NCBI GenBank assembly: GCA_046563655.1
Contig: CM102284.1
Span: 4,340,001 to 4,404,000, forward strand
Direction: 5' to 3'
Source: Yuukianura sp. NJ FZ-2021
Taxonomy: Eukaryota
DNA: 64,000 nt
Both the position numbers and the translations under genes were made by a program. Below, in pieces: positions 45,189 through 64,000 of this stretch; position 1 is the first letter of the stretch; every line of letters starts with the position of its first letter. The notes beneath the pieces were generated by a model. The model was not told the DNA's origin. It searched no databases and worked only from the letters and a program-made list of their open reading frames with translations.

Positions 45189-45194
45189 AATAAA
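45189..45194 (+). terminator. Candidate original polyadenylation signal of cathepsin L
   Basis: AATAAA in T-rich, UTR-like sequence resuming after the TTAA-bounded array. Confidence 0.4.
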
Positions 45195-46544
45195 CTTCTT
45201 ATAAATTCACTTTTATTTGATTTGCCAGCGTTGCATATTGCTTTCTCTAACGCTAAAAGTTAGCATCTTAAGCCTAACTCCCACTAACTAAAAGCGTAAT
45301 TTTAAAAATAGGTAAATATGCACACAAGAACGCAACAAAAGTGGACGAATTTTTGTATAAGCAAGACTCCGTTTAGAATAATTCAGCGTTCATCCTATAA
45401 ATGTTTTTTTTTTAAATCTACAGATAAAGCGAAGCCAATTGCATTTGAAAAAAGTTAAGAAATTTTACAATTTAAAATTAAAAATAAAGACAATTTTTTT
45501 TTACAAAATTTTTCTTACGCAAAACTAAACGCAACCTCTTCAAAGTTCCGCTTTGAATATCTTACGTGTTAAGAAAATTGTACAGATTGTTTTTTGAAAA
45601 AAAAATTGAGATGGGATGAAAATCCAAATCTTTTACGTCTGCTCCAGCATGCAGCAGTCTCAGTTTGGATATTTTATTTGCACAGATTTGACCCAATTCC
45701 TAAGCTATTTCGAAATGATTGACTGTGAATACATCTGAATGAAACAGAAATACTCTAATGTCAATGTACAAAAAAAAGCTGAAGAGGAGTAGGGGTTAAC
45801 TAGATCTGTGGCGAGACAGATATTTGCAGTATAGTTCTTTTGGGGGATCTTCACACTTTACACAAAGTGTTTTGTCTTATGCTAGGCAAATGCTAACCTC
45901 AACTAAAACAAAAAAGTATACAAATCAAGATGAGGATGATGATGATGATGTGACTCTTACGAGAGTAAGTACTATGTGGATAAGCCAAAAAGTTCTGGAA
46001 ACGCTTAAAATTGCTACATTTTGCCACCTACTCCACCCCTCTTGCCACTCTCTACCACATTTGTAGTAAAGTTTAAAGACAAGATGACTATACTGTAGCC
46101 ACTTTACTCATGTGGCTAAATCATTTGTATGCCTTCCAAAACCTAATGAAGTTCAAATGAGAGCTATTAGTTAACTAGTGTGAGGCGGAGAGTGATGTTA
46201 GTAATATTTTAGTTAGCTTTGGGCTTACGTTAGAACTGACAGGAGGACCCGTATCCAGAAGATTAAAATTAGTCCATAGCTTTATCTGTAGTCTATTATT
46301 GCCCGCTGCTTCCAAAGTGGAGAGGATCCACTTGGGAAAGCAACACTTATTTTAGTCCACTATTGGGATCAGATCAGACTTGAACCTTTTGAAGCTGGAC
46401 GCTCCAGCCGCAAGTTGACCTTGGACCTGCTACGGGTCAACAAACATTCTCCTGTTTCAAAAAAATTAAGACAGACAACATTTCGAAATACAATTGGAAA
46501 CTTTGGAGGCTGCGCCGAGTGGGAAATTTCTGAAAAAGTACAAA

Positions 46545-55780
<9,236 letters not shown>

Positions 55781-56382
55781 TAGATTGACCTCTGACCTTC
55801 CCTTCCAGGATAACACCCTGCCATTGTGACTTAACCTTGTTCTAATCATTGTTTTATTAATTTCCACAATAGACCAATAAATACTTCTCGTTTTACTAAA
55901 ACATTCGTCTATTCTCAACGAATTAACTTTTCTGCTTGATAATTTAAAGAAAATTAAATTTTGAATTAAAAATACTAAGTTCTATTTTTTACGGTTACGC
56001 CATCATCTGGCTGCATCTTGGTATGTATAAGACCAGCTTAAATTTTTTGTCTGTTCTTTTGTTGCTTTTTTACAACAATGCGTCTCTCTCCAGGAGTGCC
56101 AGGTTACGCCTAAACCTAGCCTTATATCTTCCACTTAACATGTTTTGTTCCCTCTTATATTGTGCAAAAGATGAATCAGACGCTTAAAACACACCTTCGG
56201 AATCCAATATTCACCTGTCCCTGTCCACCCCTATGCCAGAGGAAGCAATTCATTGATATTTTTATAACAAGGCACTTCCAAACATCAACAGTTCATTTTG
56301 GAAGTTCATTTTTAGTAGGAATTTAGTCCCGAGTTCCGCTTCTGACGCTAAGCTAAAAATTAGAAATTGCAAAAACAAAGCA

Positions 56383-57140
56383 ATGGGGAAAGCACTTTTA
56401 CTTGGACTTGGCGGAATTACAGTAGCGTACTTGGGCTTGGCTTTACTATGTAAGTTTCAAATGAAAAGCAAACTGCATTTTTGTTATTTTGATTAGGCGT
56501 GGCGTATAGAGCTGTTTTAAGTTCTAATTGTCTAAAACTTTAAGTTTAATTGAAAATTGTTTTGGGATAGTGACTATTCCGGAGTCGTTTGGAATGAAAT
56601 GCTGGGTATGCAATAGCTACTCGGATCCGAAGTGTTCCGACCCCTTTGACAACAGATCCTACATCATCACTGACTGTGACTCAGAAGACCAGCAAAGAGA
56701 CAATCTTGCTGGCGTTCGATCCACTATGTGCAGAAAAACGTCGCAAAAAGGTGTCACCCATAATCTAAAAATCAAAATCGGGAAAAGTATTTAAAAACTT
56801 CATTGGAATCTGGTGATTCTGATTTTTAGTCAACGGAGTCTGGAGGTACATCAGATCCTGTGGATTCTTGGGTGAGCCTGGAATCGGTAGAGATGAGCGT
56901 TACTGCCGAAGACGCAAAGGAACCAACGACATTTACATTGAAGACTGTCTCTGCAGGTGAATAAAATAAGCCGGAATTTAACTTTTGATTTCACAATTTT
57001 TATGACATTGACCTTGACTTTCACCTCTTAGGGGAAAGGATGGATGCAACGACTCAAGCAAAACCGGGTTTTCATTGTTAATGACGCTAGTGACACTGAT
57101 TGTCCACATTGCTTCTGCTCATTTACTCGTCACAACATAA
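56383..57140 (+). CDS. crok: Ly6/uPAR (three-finger) GPI-anchored protein, crooked-like
   Basis: Exons 56383-56449, 56571-56750, 56830-56956, 57032-57140. Signal peptide; KCWVCNSYSDPKCSDPFDN...TMCRKTSQKVNGVWRYIRSCGFLGEPGIGRDERYC...CLCRGKDGCN; hydrophobic GPI-signal tail. The pattern matches Drosophila crooked as I recall it. Confidence 0.88.
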
Positions 57141-58239
57141 CAATTTATTGAACAACAAAAATTCGCGTTACTTTCTACATGTATTCGTATCTATCTTTAA
57201 GCCAATGTTTTAAGTCCATATTTATTTTCGAGAAACAGTCTGTACGGAGTTGAAGTTTTTAAAGTTTTCTAATTTTATACAGTAAACGTTCCATATCAAT
57301 ATCGGAATTCACAAACGTTTTAATTATCAGGCAGAACAATGTACATTACGAAAGTGCCTACTAAAATATAACCAGTACAACCACTTATAATTTATTGAAG
57401 CTCACTTTATTTTATTAAATATAAAAATTAAGTGTTAAAGAGTTGAAAAGATCATGAAATTAAATTTTTATTATTAAAAAAACAGAAATTCATTAAAATA
57501 GTTGCCCATATCTGCTTTAGCAGGGTAGCCTAAGCTGGTACAGGAACTTGTACTCCGACATTTGCGAAAAGGTGACGAATAAAATACTTAGCATAATAAA
57601 TAAAATAAAATTATGTATGAAAATGAATTAAATTAATTTTAAATACGTTCAATTTTAGTAGTTTTCTAAATAGTACAGTATTTGTAATCGTAATTAATTA
57701 ATTACTTTAGAGGAAGTTGAGGTTGTCAACAGGCAGAGCTGACTGTCAGACTTGAATTTAGCGGAAGAGTAGACACGTGACATACAGAGGAGCACACTGA
57801 GGAAAGAACCATTGTGTTCTGTTGCACGAGTCATTCGGTCTCTCACGTTGTTTGGATCGTTCAGTCGTTAATCGATTAATTACATCTCCAATTATCAAAG
57901 GTAAGATTAAAAAACATTGCTCTAGGTTTGGACTATTGTGTAGTACGTAATTGCTTTGAATTTTTTCGTGTTCGAATAAGTTGTAATGACAAAGACAATG
58001 ACACTGCAATGCGGTCGTGTGGTGCCGGTTTTCGTCGCTTAGATTAGCAACTCAGCGTTAGTTTACATTCATCGAATCATGTTAATTGGTCATTTATGCA
58101 GTAGCGCTAGTAACCAAAATTAAGAGCGTGACGTATGAAGTTTTAGCGGTAGCATAGCGCGGGGTTGGATAAGGTTTTTAATGACATTTTATATGTGGAT
58201 CCTTGAACGGATTGAAACGTTCTGATATTTTGTTTCCAG

Positions 58240-58845
58240 ATGAGGTACGTCGCTGGTTACTTGCTGTCAGCCTTGGGAGGCAAGGAAAACCCTTCAGCCG
58301 CAGATATTGAGAAGATCTTAGGCGCTGTTGGTATTGAAGCCGAGGGAGATAAACTGAACAAAGTTGTTTCAGAACTAAAAGGAAAGAATCTTGAAGAACT
58401 GATAGCTGCCGGTAAGACAAGTCGTAGTAATAGTTGATTAGATTCGTAAAACTGAATCCGAATCCAATGATTGTGTATCGTTTCTTGTTTCAGGTCAATC
58501 CAAACTCGCCTCCATGCCTGCTGGTGGTGCAGCTCCAGCGGCAGCTGCCGCCGCCCCTGCTGCTGCAGCGGATTCCAAGAAAGGCAAGCGATCTTTATAT
58601 ATTTCGAAAGTATCTGTCGAATTTGTCAATGATGTTCTAATCACACCATCTTTCGACTGCATGACTATGCTGAAAGCCTTTTGATTCCTGAGAACTTTCA
58701 TTTAAAAAAAAAAACTCAATTTTTAGAATTTTCATATCCTAATTTTTTCAATTTGCTTTATTTTGCAGAGGAGAAGAAGGAGGAAAAGAAGAAGGTCGAA
58801 TCAGAAAGCGAGGATGACGATATGGGATTTGGTCTATTTGATTAA
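58240..58845 (+). CDS. RpLP2: 60S acidic ribosomal protein P2
   Basis: Exons 58240-58411, 58494-58583, 58769-58845: MRYVAGYLLSALGG...KLASMPAGGA...ESESEDDDMGFGLFD*. A non-coding first exon ends at 57900 and AATAAA lies at 58876. Confidence 0.97.
58625..58695 (+). ncRNA. Intronic box C/D snoRNA, U51/U32/snR39-like (LSU rRNA 2'-O-methylation guide)
   Basis: C-like box ATGATGT 58629-35; guide CACCATCTTTCG 58644-55, antisense to conserved LSU rRNA CGAAAGATGGTG; D'-like CTGC 58657-60; C'-like TGCTGA; D box CTGA 58688-91, 77 nt from the 3' splice site of a ribosomal protein gene intron. Confidence 0.8.
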
Positions 58846-59686
58846 GCCTGAGCCTCTATTCTAATCCTTTCTTTTAATAAACGATTTAATACAGTTGAGA
58901 AACTAAAAATCCAATAAGATGTTCTTTGTTCTCATTTTATTTCGACTAAAGTAACGTAAGTTTTCAAGACTACATGATTCATAACATGCTGGTCCAAAGT
59001 TGCATTCGGTTTGAATTTCATGTTCAAAATACGCTGAGGTTTTCAAAATAGATCAGCGTTAGTCATCAATCGTTCCTTTTAGAACAGCACATCATGTAAG
59101 GGTAAAGATTTTCATTTTGTCAAATACTTTTGTTCTTTAGGGAATAGAAATTCAATGGATGAATATAGGCTTCGAATAGGTCTTCAGAATTTGTACATTT
59201 CACTTTAGCTTCAAAGCTTTAAGCCTTGTAAGTAGGTAGTATTCGTGTTCTAAAAAGCTAACACGAACATATCGAGTCTAGTAATACTTTGGCACACGAA
59301 ATCTGTTATATTCTAGTAGGGGGAATTATTCTGGAAGACGCAAGCGTTGACTTTTGCTGGTACAATTTTTGCTTACAACTACACATTGAACAGCAGAGGT
59401 TTGTATCTTGCTCCGAACAGACAATAAGATCCACCCGAAGTGTTAAGGAGGTGGAGGAACTTAACACCCCTTATCAATTGAGCACTTATTAAAAACTAGA
59501 AACCAAGCCACATGTAAACTTAGTTTCCAATTGACGCTGATTCCACAAGTGGTAAGTAGAACAATAAGAGAGATTGGGAGCTAACTAGAACCAATCTAAA
59601 AAGCTCTTGCTTGTTCAATTTATTGCTGTTAATGTCTTCATCAATTTGTTCAATTGTTTAGATTTCGCGCACAGAAGGACTGCAGT

Positions 59687-62141
<2,455 letters not shown>

Positions 62142-62762
62142 CTTAAAATTTTTTTGAAACAACACGTTCTCCTTGAACACGTTCTTAAAACTCCTACAGA
62201 TTTAAGATGCATGACGACTTAACTTAATGCGAGATTTTTAGAATTCCGAATTTTGAGATTTTTAGAAATTCGAAACATGCCTTACTAACTTCAGCCAAAA
62301 ATTCTCATGAAGAAAAGACAAAAAGCTGAAAAATAGTGGAATTTGACTAAATAAATCAATATTTTTTTTCTCTTCAAAATTTTCTACACAAATTCAAATG
62401 TGCTAAATAATTTAATTTATTAACGTAAGCATGCACATTTTTAAAACCAAAATCACAAAATCTAACACGTTCTGTTTTATAGGATTCATGATTTTCAAAA
62501 AATTAAAAAAAATTAGGAAAAGTGATTTAGCACAACCAAGAGATCGTTGGAGCCTTGAAGTCTCTTAAAGTCACAATGTAGTTTTATTGTAGAGCTTGTT
62601 GAAGATTGGTGTTGCAGATTTATTAGAGAGGTTTATTAAGGTTGATTAGAGAGATTTATTAAGAGTGGTTATTGTAGAGTGGTTGAAGGCTTGAAAAAGT
62701 ACGTAAAGTGCCATTATTGATGCGGTTTACTGCGTCAGGGTACTTAGGAAGTGACCTTGACA

Positions 62763-64000
62763 TCAGTCAAGTTTGGAATACATGTCAGCCAACTGTGGCT
62801 TGAAATACTCTTTGAGTTGTGGCCGTTTCGATTTGAGTGTGGGCGTCAGAAGGCCATTTTTGACAGAGAATGGATCCGGATGGAGGTAGATGTCTTTTAC
62901 CTATGAGTAACACAGGGATTAATTAACTTAACTTTTACTAATTAGTTTCATTCAATTAGTAAAATTCGGTGTTCTTACTTGTTCGAATGATTTAAGTCCT
63001 GCTTTCTTTCCATAGAGAATGAGTTCATCAAATATCATATTTTTGACTCTTTCGTCGTTACAGAGAACGGACAGCGTTCCAACGATTCCGTTGTCCACTG
63101 CCCACTCCTTGACTGCTTCCACATCAGGCACAACTATTGCTATGACGCAAGACTTTAGAGATTCACCATACAGGTAGATTTGAGACACGAATGGACTTCT
63201 GAGGTAAATGTTCTCAATTTTCTCCGGAGCGATGTACTCGCCTTGAGACAACTTGAAGATATGTTTCTTCCGGTCAATGATTTTCAGCGTTCCATTCTTC
63301 AAAAGAAAAATTTCAAAATTTCAATTTTTTTCAATTTATGAAAAGTATCACGTTTAACTGATGGAGGTGCTTACAGGCAGCCAAGATCCAATGTCACCCG
63401 TGTGCAAATATCCATCAGAATCGATGACTTCCTTTGTCCTTTCAGGATCCTTGAGGTAGCCCTTGAAAATTGTTGTCCCAGTGACACAAATTTCACCTGA
63501 AAGCCACAAATGACAAATTAAAATGTCAAAATTTTGAATACGGGCGACATTTTGCGTGTGCAGAGAAGTGTATGACACCTTTCACAACTTAATTTCGCCA
63601 AAATTTTGTGAAGGATTTTTTTTGAAGTTCACCTTGTCCTGCTGCTGCAAAGTATTCCATTTCAGGCACATCCACCTAGAATTTTGTCGGGATTTAAAAA
63701 TTTTTTGCCATGTATTCCTTCGAATGATTTTGATTCTTACGAGTTTGATTTTACAGCATGCCATAGGTGGTCCAACGTGGCCTGGAGTGCAGTCGCCTTG
63801 AATCGTTAAAGTACATGCCCCACCACATTCGGTTTGCCCATACGCTTCCACAACCTAAGAAAATACGTTGCGAAAAATTTGCAAAGAATATTTTTGTTTT
63901 ACCGCAACGCAATTTTCAAGTATTTTAAAACTTACGACACATCCAAGCGCTGCCCGAATAAAATTGAGAACATTTCCACTCAGGGGTGCCTGGAAAGCAA
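62763..64000 (-). CDS. Long-chain fatty-acid-CoA ligase (ACSL1/5/6 type), 3' portion; 5' end lies beyond the window
   Basis: Minus-strand exons >64000-63936, 63854-63741, 63675-63633, 63496-63375, 63296-62979, 62900-62763 (TGA). Motifs [47 protein letters not shown]. Confidence 0.95.

Noticed and set aside
62580-62695. Degenerate TTATT/AGAG repeats in the ACSL 3' UTR
   Set aside because: Low-complexity slippage repeat with no regular repeat-spacer structure, so not CRISPR-like.

Overview
AT-rich, intron-containing eukaryotic DNA from an arthropod, probably a hexapod or other pancrustacean (inferred from protein similarity and short TTAGG runs). I reconstructed the spliced genes by hand from splice sites and reading-frame phase. 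In order: about 21 kb of mostly non-coding DNA upstream of and within a Pax2/5/8 (shaven-type) gene (+, to 36380); a pancreatic-lipase-family gene (-) missing from the ORF track, with the catalytic Ser replaced by Asn; cathepsin L (+); a 1.85-kb nested inverted-repeat array of TTAA-delimited transposon-like modules just downstream of the cathepsin L stop; cGMP-dependent protein kinase (foraging-type, +) with an in-phase intronic alternative first exon; a Ly6/uPAR crooked-like gene (+); RpLP2 (+) with a GC-AG intron hosting a box C/D snoRNA; ethanolamine-phosphate phospho-lyase-like aminotransferase (+); and the 3' part of a long-chain acyl-CoA synthetase (-). The most notable items are the composite-transposon-like hairpin array, the yolk-protein-like pseudo-lipase, the PKG alternative N-terminus and the snoRNA. 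No database searches were run.
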